From: Pyrinomonadaceae bacterium
GTDB lineage: Bacteria; Acidobacteriota; Blastocatellia; Pyrinomonadales; Pyrinomonadaceae
Reading direction: 5' to 3'
Length of the DNA: 64,000 bases
Assembly (NCBI GenBank): GCA_045807865.1
Contig: JBJMGP010000060.1
Span: forward strand, 43,991 to 107,990
The translations under genes were made by a program, and so were the position numbers. How positions within the stretch are numbered: position 1 is the first letter of the stretch; each line of letters starts with the position of its first letter. Shown piece by piece: positions 9,017 to 19,574 of the stretch. The notes below the pieces were generated by a model that was given only the letters and a program-made list of their open reading frames with translations, did not search any database and was not told the DNA's origin.

Positions 9017-9847
9017 ATGGCAGAAGCGGAAGCTAAGACCGCGGAGGAGTCCGGGCGAGTCCTCGTCCGTTACGAGGCGGCCGAAGGGCTCGCCGTGCTC
9101 ACGCTCGAAGACCCGCCGGCGAACACCTACACGTACGAGATGATGCGGCAGCTCGACGCGGCCGTCCTGCGCGCGCGGATGGACGAGGGCGTCCACGTCA
9201 TCGTCATCACGGGCGCCGGGGAGAAGTTCTTCTGCGCGGGCGCGAACATCTCGATGCTGACGGAGATGACGCCCACCTTCAAATACTACTTCTGCCTCCA
9301 CGCCAACGAGACCTTGAGCCGCCTGGAGCAGACGCCGAAGCTGGTCATCGCGGCCGTCAACGGCCACTGCGTCGGCGGCGGGTTGGAGGTCGCGCTCGCC
9401 GCCGACCTGCGCGTCGCGCGCAAGGGCGCCGGCAAGATGGGGCTGCCCGAGGTGAGCTTAGGCGTGCTGCCGGGCACGGGCGGGACGCAGCGCCTCGCGC
9501 GCCTCGTCGGCAAGTCGAAGGCAATCGAGCTGATGGCCGCAGGCCAACTCTTCGACTTCGAGCGCGGGGCGGAACTCGGCCTCGTCAACCAGATTTTCGA
9601 GGCCGACTCGGCGGCGTCATTTCAAGAACAGGTCATGGCCTACGCACGCCGCTTCACTGCCCCGGGCCGCGCCGCGCTCGCCGTCGGCCGCATCAAGCGC
9701 AGCGTCCAGTCCGGCGCCGAAGTCCCCTTCGAGTACGGCCTCGCCTTAGAGCGCGAACTTCAACAACAGCTCTTCCAATCCGAAGACGCACGCGAGGGCC
9801 TGAGCGCCTACGTCGAGAAGCGCAAGCCAATCTTTAAAGGAAAGTAG
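9017..9847 (+). CDS. enoyl-CoA hydratase/isomerase (crotonase) family
   Basis: 276 aa from the ATG at 9017; the track start at 8777 overlaps the tRNA. VITGAGEKFFCAGANI oxyanion-hole region, AAVNGHCVGGGLEVALAADLRVA. Confidence 0.85.
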   Translation: MAEAEAKTAEESGRVLVRYEAAEGLAVLTLEDPPANTYTYEMMRQLDAAVLRARMDEGVHVIVITGAGEKFFCAGANISMLTEMTPTFKYYFCLHANETLSRLEQTPKLVIAAVNGHCVGGGLEVALAADLRVARKGAGKMGLPEVSLGVLPGTGGTQRLARLVGKSKAIELMAAGQLFDFERGAELGLVNQIFEADSAASFQEQVMAYARRFTAPGRAALAVGRIKRSVQSGAEVPFEYGLALERELQQQLFQSEDAREGLSAYVEKRKPIFKGK

Positions 9848-9924
9848 GTTTTGGGTTTTAGGTGTTAAGTTTTGGATGCACGGCTAATCTTAAGACTTAA
9901 CCCAACACCCAACACCTAAAACCC
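9847..9924. repeat. heptamer-armed hairpin (GGTTTTG/GGTGTTG units)
   Basis: Left arm ggttttgggttttaggtgttaagt, right arm acttaacccaacacccaacacctaaaaccc. The right arm carries extra heptamers. It sits between two co-directional crotonase genes. Confidence 0.7.
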
Positions 9925-9935
9925 AGCGCTCACCT

Positions 9936-10727
9936 ATGTACGAAAACATCAAGGTCGCATTCGACGGCGGGATCGTGACGATCACGCTGAACCGGCCGGA
10001 GAAGCTGAACGCGCTCGCGGGGCACATGCGGCGCGATCTGGCCGAGGCTTTGGAGCACGCGGGGAGCGACCCGGAGGTGCGCGTCGTCATCCTGACGGGG
10101 GCGGGGCGCGCCTTCTGCACCGGGGCGGACGTGGCGCGCATGAGCGAGCTGATGGAGCACGGCGAGGTCGAGGAGTTCCGCCGGCTGCTCGGCGCGGGAA
10201 GGCGCGTGCTGACCGCGATGCGGCAGATGTTGAAGCCGGTGGTCGCGGCCGTCAACGGGCCGGCGTACGGCGCGGGTTTCAACCTCGTGCTCGCGTCGGA
10301 CATCAGGCTCGCGTCCGAGTCGGCGACCTTCAGCCAGTCGTTCGTGAAGGTGGGCCTGCACCCGGACTGGGGCGGCTCGTTCTTCCTGCCGCGGGCGGTG
10401 CCGGCCAACGTCGCGTGCGAGATGTTCTTCCTCGGCGACGCCATCGACGCGCGGCGCGCGCTTGAACTGAACCTGGTCAACCGCGTGGTGCCGGACGCGG
10501 AGCTGGCGGCCGAGACGCGCAAGCTCGCCGAGCGCCTGCGCGCGGCGCCGCAGGCATCGGTCGCCGCGGCCAAGCGCGCCGTCTACATGAGCGAGGAGGA
10601 GAGCCTGGAGCGCATGCTCCAGTATGAGACCGAGGCGCAGCTCCAGTGCTTCCAGTCGCGCGAGGCGCGCGAGCGCGTCCGCGCCTTCCTCGAACGCCGC
10701 TCAAAAGCCGTAAACCCTAAACCGTGA
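9936..10727 (+). CDS. enoyl-CoA hydratase/isomerase (crotonase) family
   Basis: 263 aa. ILTGAGRAFCTGADV, AAVNGPAYGAGFNLVLASDIRLA. The last residues ..AVNPKP and the TGA stop are encoded by the CGTAAAC/CGTGAAC repeat. Confidence 0.85.
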   Translation: MYENIKVAFDGGIVTITLNRPEKLNALAGHMRRDLAEALEHAGSDPEVRVVILTGAGRAFCTGADVARMSELMEHGEVEEFRRLLGAGRRVLTAMRQMLKPVVAAVNGPAYGAGFNLVLASDIRLASESATFSQSFVKVGLHPDWGGSFFLPRAVPANVACEMFFLGDAIDARRALELNLVNRVVPDAELAAETRKLAERLRAAPQASVAAAKRAVYMSEEESLERMLQYETEAQLQCFQSREARERVRAFLERRSKAVNPKP

Positions 10728-10816
10728 CAAGAGAAGAGCGTGAACCGTAAACCGTGAACCGTGACAGGTGAAGACAGGTTCTTCCTCTGGTCACGGTTCA
10801 CGGTTTACGGTTCACG
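10707..10816. repeat. heptamer-armed hairpin, CGTGAAC/CGTAAAC family, plus an upstream partial copy
   Basis: Partial copy gccgtaaaccctaaaccgtgac (10707-10728). Full element cgtgaaccgtaaaccgtgaaccgtgac - aggtgaagacaggttcttcctctg - gtcacggttcacggtttacggttcacg (10739-10816), between convergent genes. Confidence 0.85.
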
Positions 10817-10821
10817 TTCTT

Positions 10822-11910
10822 TTACGGCAGGTCGGGCTTCGAGAGCGGCGCGCCCTTGTCGCCCACGTACACGTCGAGCACGTTGAAGTGCGCCGGGATC
10901 ATCGTGGCGAAGGCGTGGTTGGTCAGGAGCAGCGAGCCGTGGCCGTCGAAGGCGATGTTGGCCGGCGAGTCGTAAGGGGCGATGTCGCCCGGCGCGGCGT
11001 TGGTGAGCCTGCCGACCTCCGCGCCGTTCGGCGCGTAGATGGCGACGCCCGACAATCCCGGCGTGGCGATGGCGACGTAGAGGTTGCCGGACTTGCCGAA
11101 GGCGATGCCGTCGGGCAGGTCGGTCGGCCCGAACGCCTTGAAGGTCGCGAGGTCGGACGGCTGCGGCGCCGCCACGAGCGGCAGCGTGTAGAGGAAAGAC
11201 TGGCCCATCTGGTTAAAGGTCACGGTCACGAACGCCTTCGAGCGGTCGGGGCTCAGGCGGATGCCGTTGGTGCCGACGCCGCCGGGGAAGGTGGCGAAGC
11301 GCGCGTCCTGGAACCAAATCTGCGGCGTGCCGCCGCCCGCCGGGACGCGCCAGATGGTCGCCTGCAAAGAGTCGGTCACGTAGGCGGTGCCGTCCTCGTC
11401 GAACGCGATGTCGTTCGGCAGCGCCGGTGCGTCGAAGAGCGTCGGCGAGCAGGGCGCGTTGTTGCCGTCGCACGCGGGCAGGTCGGGGAAAGGCGTCGAG
11501 TAAGGCTCCTGCTGGCCCGAGCCGGTGTCGAGGCGGTAGACGCCGAGTTGCAGGTTCAGCACGTAGAGCTTCCCGTTCCCGTCGAAGGCGATGCAGGAGT
11601 TGGCGTGCTCGGCCGCGAGGAACTCGCCCTGCGTCGTGTAGGTCGCCTCCAGGGCGCCCGTGTCGCGGTTGTAGGCGACGACGGTCGAGGGGCCGGTGCC
11701 GGCGGTGCCGAAGCGCGCGGGGCCGGAGACGTAAACCTTGTTGCCCTTGACGGCGATGCCTTCGGGGAAGCCTGGGTCGGCGGGGAAAGTGGCGAGCACC
11801 TGCGCGTCGCCGTAGGGGCGCGGCTGCTTGGCGTTGGCGGCGGCGGGAATGAGCGCGGTGGCGGCGGCCGCGGCAAGAAACGCGGTGGAGGCGATCTTCG
11901 AAAGCTTCAT
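10822..11910 (-). CDS. secreted beta-propeller protein, SMP-30/gluconolactonase/LRE-like
   Basis: 362 aa from the ATG at 11910. Signal peptide MKLSKIASTAFLAAAAATALIPAAANA. Repeated G.P.GIAFD / LYV blades (PDGIAFGKSGNLYVA, PNDIAFDEDGTAYVTD, PANIAFDGHGSLLLTN). Confidence 0.65.
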   Translation of the reverse strand: MKLSKIASTAFLAAAAATALIPAAANAKQPRPYGDAQVLATFPADPGFPEGIAVKGNKVYVSGPARFGTAGTGPSTVVAYNRDTGALEATYTTQGEFLAAEHANSCIAFDGNGKLYVLNLQLGVYRLDTGSGQQEPYSTPFPDLPACDGNNAPCSPTLFDAPALPNDIAFDEDGTAYVTDSLQATIWRVPAGGGTPQIWFQDARFATFPGGVGTNGIRLSPDRSKAFVTVTFNQMGQSFLYTLPLVAAPQPSDLATFKAFGPTDLPDGIAFGKSGNLYVAIATPGLSGVAIYAPNGAEVGRLTNAAPGDIAPYDSPANIAFDGHGSLLLTNHAFATMIPAHFNVLDVYVGDKGAPLSKPDLP

Positions 11911-12108
11911 CTTCTCAAGGCACCTTTCTTTGGCTGGCGGTTTTGGCTCAAGGCGCGTGGGCGGGGCGGACGGCCGAGCTGACGCGCATTCCGGTATGTC
12001 TTCTGCACACAAACGCGTGAAAGGCACGCGGCAGGGATCACGCCGCGAAAATATTTTTTCGGCCCCGTGTCACCGTTACTCAGGAGTTGAGATAAACTCT
12101 GCCCGACG

Positions 12109-12894
12109 ATGAGACTTAAAGACTTGAAGGCGTTCATCACGGGCGGCGGGCGCGGCATCGGGCGCGCGGTGGCGCACGCCTTCGCGCGCGAGGGCGCACG
12201 CATCTTCGTCGTCGCGCGCACCGGGACGGAGGTCGAGCGCGTCGCCGAAGAGGTTAGCGCGGAGTCGGGCGGTGACGCGGCCGCACACGCCGCCTGCGAC
12301 GTGGCCGACCCGCGCTCGGTCGAAGAGGCGTTCGCGGCGGCGCGCGAGTTCTTCGGCGCCGGCCCCGACATTCTCGTCAACAACGCCGGCGTCGCCGACA
12401 GCTCGAAGTTCACGGAGACCTCGGACGAGTTCTGGCAGAGGCATCTGGACATCAACCTGACGGGGACTTTCTACTGCATGAGGGCGGCGCTGCCCCCGAT
12501 GGTCGAGCGCGGTTGGGGGCGCGTCATCAACGTGGCGTCGGTCGCGGGCAAGACGGGCGCGCCCTACGTCGCCGCCTACACGGCCTCGAAGCACGGCGTG
12601 CTGGGGTTGACGCGCTCGGTGGCGTTGGAGTTGGCGCGCACCGGCGTGACGGTCAACGCCGTCTGCCCCGGCTACGTGGACACCGACATGACGACGCGCG
12701 CCGTCGAGAACATCCGGGCCAAGACCGGCCGCTCGGCCGCGGACGCGCTCGAAGCCATCAAACGCATGAGCCCGCAGCACCGCCTCGTCACCCCCGAAGA
12801 GGTCGCCGCCCTCGCACTCCTCCTCGCTTCCCACGACGGCCGCGGCATCACGGGGCAGGCCATCAACGTGGACGGCGGCACGATCCTTTCCTGA
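12109..12894 (+). CDS. short-chain dehydrogenase/reductase (3-hydroxyacyl-CoA dehydrogenase / FabG-like)
   Basis: ITGGGRGIGRAVA (TGxxxGxG), NNAG, catalytic YTASKHG (YxxxK). Confidence 0.85.
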   Translation: MRLKDLKAFITGGGRGIGRAVAHAFAREGARIFVVARTGTEVERVAEEVSAESGGDAAAHAACDVADPRSVEEAFAAAREFFGAGPDILVNNAGVADSSKFTETSDEFWQRHLDINLTGTFYCMRAALPPMVERGWGRVINVASVAGKTGAPYVAAYTASKHGVLGLTRSVALELARTGVTVNAVCPGYVDTDMTTRAVENIRAKTGRSAADALEAIKRMSPQHRLVTPEEVAALALLLASHDGRGITGQAINVDGGTILS

Positions 12895-12904
12895 TTAATT
12901 CCGA

Positions 12905-13297
12905 ATGAAGACCATCAATCCGAAATCGCTCGGGCGGCCGCGCGGGTACTCGAACGGGCAGTTGACGAGGGAGGGCGCGCGGCTCCTCTTCATCGCGGGG
13001 CAGATCGGTTGGGACGAGGAGCAGCGGCTCGTGAGCGACGACTTCGTCGAGCAGTTCGACCGCGCGCTGCGCAACGTGCTGGCGGTCGTGCTTGAGGCGG
13101 GCGGCGCGCCGGGCGGCGTCGCGCGTCTCGTCGTCTACGTGACCGACAAACGCGAATACCTCGCGCGCACCGCAGAGATCGGCGAGCGCTGGCGCGCGCT
13201 GATGGGGCGCCACTATCCCGCGATGGCCCTCGTCGAAGTCAAGGGTCTCCTCGAAGACGGCGCCAAGGTCGAGATCGAAGGCACGGCAGTTTTATGA
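12905..13297 (+). CDS. RidA/YjgF/L-PSP family enamine-imine deaminase
   Basis: 130 aa. LLFIAGQIGWD..., VVYVTD..., ALVEVKGLLEDGAKVEIEGTAV are typical of the RidA fold. Confidence 0.8.
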   Translation: MKTINPKSLGRPRGYSNGQLTREGARLLFIAGQIGWDEEQRLVSDDFVEQFDRALRNVLAVVLEAGGAPGGVARLVVYVTDKREYLARTAEIGERWRALMGRHYPAMALVEVKGLLEDGAKVEIEGTAVL

Positions 13298-14106
13298 TTC
13301 AGCCTAAATCATTCCTCTATGAAGTCCTTGAAGGCGTGGCGTGGGTGCGCCTGAACCGGCCGGAGCGCCTGAACGCTTTGACGTTCGAGGTCTACCGCGA
13401 GTTGACCGAACTGTTCGCCGCGCTCGGAGACGAGCGGGAGGTGCGCGCGGTCGTGTTGACGGGCGAGGGGCGTGCGTTCTGCTCGGGCGGCGACGTGCGC
13501 GACATCATCGGCGCGTTGCAGGGGCGCGACGCCGAAGGGTTGTTGGAGTTCACGCGCCTGACGTGCGAGCTGGTGCGCAACATCCGGCGGCTGCGCAAGC
13601 CCGTCATCGCCTCTTTGAACGGGACGACGGCCGGGGCGGGCGCCTGCATCGCGCTCGCGTCCGACCTGCGCGTCGCCTCGACCGAGGCGCGCATCGCGTT
13701 CCTCTTCGTGAAGGTGGGCCTCTCTGGCGCGGACATGGGCGCGGCTCATTTGCTACCGCGGCTCGTCGGGCTCTCGAAGGCGACCGAGCTGCTCTACACG
13801 GGCGACTTCATCACGGCCGACGAGGCGCTCGCCTGCGGCCTCTACAACCGTGTGGTCGAGCCCGCCCAGCTCGAATCCGAGACACGACAGCTGGCCGAGC
13901 GACTCGCGCGCGGCCCCTCGTTCGCCCTCGCGGTGACGAAGGAGATGCTCAACCGTGAGCTGGACATCTCCTTCGACACGGCGCTCGAACTTGAGGCGCA
14001 GGCGCAGGCCGTCTGCATGCAGCACCCCGACTACGGGGAGGCCTACCGCGCCTTCACGGAGAAGCGCGAGCCGCGGTTCGGCGGCACACCAACCGAAGAG
14101 GGATGA
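13294..14106 (+). CDS. enoyl-CoA hydratase/isomerase (crotonase) family
   Basis: 270 aa. LTGEGRAFCSGGDV, ASLNGTTAGAGACIALASDLRVA. ATGA overlap with the RidA stop. Confidence 0.85.
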   Translation: MIQPKSFLYEVLEGVAWVRLNRPERLNALTFEVYRELTELFAALGDEREVRAVVLTGEGRAFCSGGDVRDIIGALQGRDAEGLLEFTRLTCELVRNIRRLRKPVIASLNGTTAGAGACIALASDLRVASTEARIAFLFVKVGLSGADMGAAHLLPRLVGLSKATELLYTGDFITADEALACGLYNRVVEPAQLESETRQLAERLARGPSFALAVTKEMLNRELDISFDTALELEAQAQAVCMQHPDYGEAYRAFTEKREPRFGGTPTEEG

Positions 14107-14813
14107 GCCGCCGGAACTTCTCAGCGGCGTGTTTAAGCCTCGTGCTCGCCGGGGCGTGTGCGCTCGCGCCATGCTTCGTGCGCGCCGGCCGCGCGCAGCA
14201 GGCGCGACCCGCGTCGTCCCCTAAACCTGCAAAGGTCTTTCAGGAAGCCCGGGCCGTCAACCACAGCGCCGCGCCCGACCCGGAAGCCTTCGAGTTCGAG
14301 ATGAACGGTTTCGCCTACCACGTCAAGGCGAACGGCAACGGCCGGAGGACGAAGGGCACGAGAGTCCGCGGCTTCAACCTGCGCCTCGACCGCGGCGACT
14401 CCGTCCAGAGCCTCTTCTACTCGGAGTTCGAGGGCGACCTGCTGCTCCTCCTACACCTGAACGGCGCGGGCGGCGGCGCGGGGCTGGTCACGTTGCTTGA
14501 GCAGCCCTCGATGCGCGGCCGCTGGCATCAACGCATCGAGGCCCCGGACGTAGGCGAGCCGCTCCGCGAAGGGCAGCACCTCTACCTCACCGGCGCGGGC
14601 TTCGTCGGCAAGCTCGACCTGCGCACGGGCGAGTACGCCTGGCAGCTCGAAGGGCTCGAAGACACGCGCGGCGACGAGCCGGAGCCCTTCAAAGCTTTCG
14701 ACCCGCCCGAACTGAGGGGCGACACGGTTCTGTTCCGCGAGCGGCCGGTTTACAATCCACGCAGGACGCTCGTCTTAGACAGGAAGAGCGGTAAGGTCAT
14801 CCGGGTCGAGTGA
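14103..14813 (+). CDS. hypothetical exported protein
   Basis: 236 aa, signal-like MSRRNFSAACLSLVLAGACALA. Start overlaps the upstream stop (ATGA). GC3-rich frame, no recognisable motif. Confidence 0.5.
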   Translation: MSRRNFSAACLSLVLAGACALAPCFVRAGRAQQARPASSPKPAKVFQEARAVNHSAAPDPEAFEFEMNGFAYHVKANGNGRRTKGTRVRGFNLRLDRGDSVQSLFYSEFEGDLLLLLHLNGAGGGAGLVTLLEQPSMRGRWHQRIEAPDVGEPLREGQHLYLTGAGFVGKLDLRTGEYAWQLEGLEDTRGDEPEPFKAFDPPELRGDTVLFRERPVYNPRRTLVLDRKSGKVIRVE

Positions 14814-14828
14814 AGGAGGCCGAACGTC

Positions 14829-16004
14829 ATGCTGCGAGACGGATTCATCGAAGAGACGCCCTTCTTCACGGACGAGCACGCGCGCCTCGCCGCGGGCGTC
14901 GCCGACTTCGCCGCGCGCGAGGTCGAGCCGCTGACGCATCGGGACGAAGGGCCGGACGCAGACGCCAACTTCCGCGCGCTCCTCTCGCTGCTCGCGCAGA
15001 CAGACCTTTTAAGTTACTCGGTGGCACGCGGCGACGGCGCGCCGCTCGACGCGCGCGCGCTCTGCGTCGTGCGCGAGGCGCTCGCCTACCACTCGTCGCT
15101 CGCGGACCTCGCCTTCGTCATGCAGGGCCTCGGCACCTACGCCGTCTCGCTCGCCGCGCCCGAGCACGTCCGCGACTTCTGGCTGGAGCGCGCGCGCGCC
15201 GGCAAGTCGGTCGCCGCCTTCGCGCTCACGGAGCCCGAGGCCGGCTCCGACGTGTCGAGCATCCGCACCGAGGCGCGACGCGACGGCGACTCTTACGTCA
15301 TCACGGGGCGCAAGTGCTTCATCTCGAACGCGGGGCTCGCAGACTTCTACACGGTCTTCGCGCGCACGGGCACGCGCCCCGACGGCCGCGCGGAGCTTTC
15401 GGCCTTCATCGTCGGCGCGCGCATGCCGGGGTTCCGCGTCCTGGCGCGCACGGAGCTGGTGGCGGCGCACCCCATCGGCGAGATCGAGTTCGAAGGCGTG
15501 CGCGTGCCGGCCGAAGACCTGGTCGGCGCAGAGGGTCAGGGCTTCACCCTGGCGATGCAGACGATGGACATGTTCCGCGCCAGCGTCGGCGCGGCCGCCT
15601 GCGGGATGGCGCGGCGCGCTCTCGACGAGGCGGTCGCCTACGCGAGGGCGCGCCGGCAGTTCGGCGTCACGCTCGCCATGCACCAGTTGATTCAGGAGAA
15701 GCTGGCCGTCATGCAGACCGAACTGGACGCCGCGCGCCTGCTCGTCTACCGCGCCGCGCACCTCAGAGATTCCGGCGCCGCCGCCCCTTCCCTGCTGACG
15801 CGCGCGGCCAGCGAGGCGAAGTTCTACGCGACCGAGGCGGCCCAGCGCGTCGTGGACGAGGCCGTCCAGATACACGGCGGCTACGGGCTGGTGCGCGGCA
15901 GCGCGGTCGAGCGCCTCTACCGCGACGTGCGCGCGCTGCGCATCTACGAAGGCACCACCGAGATTCAAAAACTCATCATCGCGAGGGAGATGTTGAAGGA
16001 GTAG
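14829..16004 (+). CDS. acyl-CoA dehydrogenase
   Basis: 391 aa. FALTEPEAGSDVSS, QIHGGYG, IYEGTTEIQKLIIAREML. Confidence 0.9.
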   Translation: MLRDGFIEETPFFTDEHARLAAGVADFAAREVEPLTHRDEGPDADANFRALLSLLAQTDLLSYSVARGDGAPLDARALCVVREALAYHSSLADLAFVMQGLGTYAVSLAAPEHVRDFWLERARAGKSVAAFALTEPEAGSDVSSIRTEARRDGDSYVITGRKCFISNAGLADFYTVFARTGTRPDGRAELSAFIVGARMPGFRVLARTELVAAHPIGEIEFEGVRVPAEDLVGAEGQGFTLAMQTMDMFRASVGAAACGMARRALDEAVAYARARRQFGVTLAMHQLIQEKLAVMQTELDAARLLVYRAAHLRDSGAAAPSLLTRAASEAKFYATEAAQRVVDEAVQIHGGYGLVRGSAVERLYRDVRALRIYEGTTEIQKLIIAREMLKE

Positions 16005-16006
16005 TT

Positions 16007-16123
16007 AGAAGTCAGAGGTCTGGAGTCAGAAGGCTCCGCTGGCCGAATGTTGATGCTGACGACCCGACAGTTCACTTAAGAATGTTTTCCCTTCTGACTC
16101 CTGACTCCTGACTCCTGACTTCT
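16007..16123. repeat. heptamer-armed hairpin (CTGACTC units) with about 55-nt centre
   Basis: Left arm agaagtcagaggtctggagtcagaagg, right arm ccttctgactcctgactcctgactcctgacttct. The right arm ends 6 nt before the ATG at 16130, and no SD is visible there. Confidence 0.8.
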
Positions 16124-16129
16124 GCTTTT

Positions 16130-17266
16130 ATGCGTATCAACGTCATCGGCGGGGGGCCGGCGGGGCTCTACTTCGCGCTGCTGATGAGGCGGCACGGGGT
16201 GGCGCGCGAGGTCGTGGTGTACGAGCGGAACCCGCCGGGCGCGACGTTCGGGTGGGGCGTGGTCTTCTCGGGGCGGACGCTCAGGAACCTGCGCGAGGCC
16301 GACGAGGTCTCGCACCGGCGCATCACGGAGAGCTTCGAGACGTGGGACAACGTCGATGTCGTCCTCCGCGACACGAAGGTCACCGTCCGCGGCAACGACT
16401 TCTCGGGCATCGCCCGCCTCAAGCTCCTCAACATCCTGCAAGAGCGTTGCGCGGAGGTCGGCGTGGACTTGCGCTTCGACACGGCGGTCGAGGACGTGAA
16501 CGCGCTCGCCGAGGAGTGCGACCTGCTCGTCGGCGCCGACGGCGTGGGGAGCCTCGTGCGCGAGCGCTACGCGGAAGACTTCCGGCCCGCGCTCGCCGCG
16601 GGCGAGAACAGGTACATCTGGTACGGCACCCGGCAACTCTTCCACGGCCTGACGCTCACCTTCCGCGAGGCGGAGGCGGGCGTCTTCGCCTCGCACTCTT
16701 ACAAGTTCAGCAAGGAGCTGAGCACCTTCATCGTCGAGTGCGACGAGGAGACCTGGCGGCGCGCGGGGCTCGAACGGATGGACGACGCCGAGGCGCGCGC
16801 ATACCTCGGGCGCGTCTTCGCGCGCGACCTCGAAGGCGCGGAGCTTCTGTCGAACAACTCGCGCTGGATCAACTTCCTCTTGGTGAAGAACGGGCGCTGG
16901 TCTTACCGGAACGTCGTGCTGCTCGGCGACGCGCTGCACACGGCGCACTTCTCCATCGGCTCGGGGACGAAGCTCGCCATCGAGGACTCTATCGAGCTGT
17001 TCCGCCACTTCGCGGCGGGGAAGGATGTGCCCGCGGCGCTCGAAGCGTTCGAGCGCGAGCGCAGGCCCGTCGTCGAGGAGTACCAACGCGCGGCCGACGA
17101 GAGCCGCGTCTGGTTCGAGCGGGCGCGCGAGCACGTCCGTGCGGAGCCGCTGCCCTTTGCCTACAGCCTGATGACGCGCAGCATGCGCGTAGACCGCGAG
17201 AGCCTGCGGCGCCGCGACCCTTCGTTCGTCGCCGCCTACGAGGAGGCGACCGCGCGCGCCGTCTGA
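16130..17266 (+). CDS. FAD-dependent aromatic monooxygenase, resembling the N-terminal half of aryl-CoA (anthraniloyl-/salicylyl-CoA) monooxygenase-reductases
   Basis: MRINVIGGGPAGLYFALLM (GxGxxG), LLVGADGVGSLVR (DG motif), LLGDALHTAHFSIGSGTKLA (GD motif). Only 378 aa, so it has no fused reductase half. Confidence 0.75.
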   Translation: MRINVIGGGPAGLYFALLMRRHGVAREVVVYERNPPGATFGWGVVFSGRTLRNLREADEVSHRRITESFETWDNVDVVLRDTKVTVRGNDFSGIARLKLLNILQERCAEVGVDLRFDTAVEDVNALAEECDLLVGADGVGSLVRERYAEDFRPALAAGENRYIWYGTRQLFHGLTLTFREAEAGVFASHSYKFSKELSTFIVECDEETWRRAGLERMDDAEARAYLGRVFARDLEGAELLSNNSRWINFLLVKNGRWSYRNVVLLGDALHTAHFSIGSGTKLAIEDSIELFRHFAAGKDVPAALEAFERERRPVVEEYQRAADESRVWFERAREHVRAEPLPFAYSLMTRSMRVDRESLRRRDPSFVAAYEEATARAV

Positions 17267-17274
17267 GGTTCGAC

Positions 17275-17859
17275 GTGACGAGAGCCGCTCAAACATTCCG
17301 CGCCCTCCTCCTCTGCCTCGCGTCGCTCGCGTGCGGCGCGTGGCGTCCGCCCGCCTCCGCGGGCCAGACGCCTTACACTCGTGACGAGCCGGCGGCGCGC
17401 GCCACGCTCGAAAGCGTGAAGGGCTTGCGCCGGATGGCGCTGCTCGTGTCGCGCGCGATGGTGGTGGACGCGCGCGACCCGGCGCTCGTCGCCCTGGAGG
17501 ACTACCGGCACGCGCTCGACGGCCACGCGCCGCGGCAGCACGACGCGGCCGCGCGCCGCGTCGCCAACAAGGTCAACAAGTACATACGCAAGTACAGGAG
17601 TGCGACGGCCGTCGAGAGCCTCTCGGACGCCGACCTCGTCCTCGTCTTCAAGGTGACGGGGCAGCGCCGCTCGGCCCTCCCCGACGACCCTTTCATCTGG
17701 GGCAAGCTCTTCGTCATCGCCCTCGGCCCCGACCACACCCCGCGCATCGTCTGGGAATCCCAGGGCGACGACACCAATCCCGAAGACGCCGTCGGCGATT
17801 TCCTCAAGGCGTTCCGGAACGCACGCGGGGAGAAGAAAGGAAGAAGTACTGAGGACTGA
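17275..17859 (+). CDS. hypothetical exported protein
   Basis: GTG at 17275, 7 nt after GAGG. Signal-like TRAAQTFRALLLCLASLACGA. The last codons (..STED) and the stop lie inside the CTGAGGA repeat. The track shows it only as the tail of an artefactual 535-aa ORF. Confidence 0.5.
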   Translation: MTRAAQTFRALLLCLASLACGAWRPPASAGQTPYTRDEPAARATLESVKGLRRMALLVSRAMVVDARDPALVALEDYRHALDGHAPRQHDAAARRVANKVNKYIRKYRSATAVESLSDADLVLVFKVTGQRRSALPDDPFIWGKLFVIALGPDHTPRIVWESQGDDTNPEDAVGDFLKAFRNARGEKKGRSTED

Positions 17860-17917
17860 GGACTGAGTGAAAGGCACGACGCTTCTTATCACTCAGTCCT
17901 CAGTCCTCAGTACTTTT

Positions 17918-17919
<2 letters not shown>
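17845..17919. terminator. heptamer-armed hairpin (CTGAGGA units), perfect 26-bp stem plus T-run; probably a bidirectional terminator
   Basis: agtactgaggactgaggactgagtga (17845-17870) is the exact reverse complement of tcactcagtcctcagtcctcagtact (17889-17914), followed by tttttt. It lies between convergent genes. Confidence 0.8.
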
Positions 17920-19390
<1,471 letters not shown>

Positions 19391-19422
19391 AAGTTTAGAA
19401 GGATCGAGTGTAGCAAATTGAA

Positions 19423-19489
19423 GGGCCGTTGGCTTTTGGCTGTTAGCTGTTAGCCAGCCAAAGAGCTAACAGCCAACGGCCAACGGCCC
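19423..19489. repeat. heptamer-armed hairpin (GCTGTTA/GCCGTTG units) in a divergent promoter region
   Basis: Left arm gggccgttggcttttggctgttagctgttagc, right arm gctaacagccaacggccaacggccc. It lies between two gene starts (19390 minus, 19575 plus), so it is not in a terminator position. Confidence 0.75.
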
Positions 19490-19574
19490 CCGGTCAAAAA
19501 TTACTAAACCCTGTGCCCGGCGGCGTCGTAAGGGGCTGGCAGGAAAGCGCGCGGCGCATGCCGGTCAGAGGATT

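Noticed and set aside
10707-10816. Tandem short repeats with interspersed unique sequence, which might be mistaken for a CRISPR array.
   Set aside because: The units are 7 nt, not 24-40 nt. They form inverted arms around a single centre rather than a repeat-spacer series. No cas genes are present in the window.
16252-17274. 535-aa track ORF 16252-17859 overlapping the FAD monooxygenase in another frame.
   Set aside because: Only the last 194 codons (from the GTG at 17275, after the monooxygenase stop) have a signal peptide and sensible composition. The upstream part is an out-of-frame overlap of a well-supported gene.
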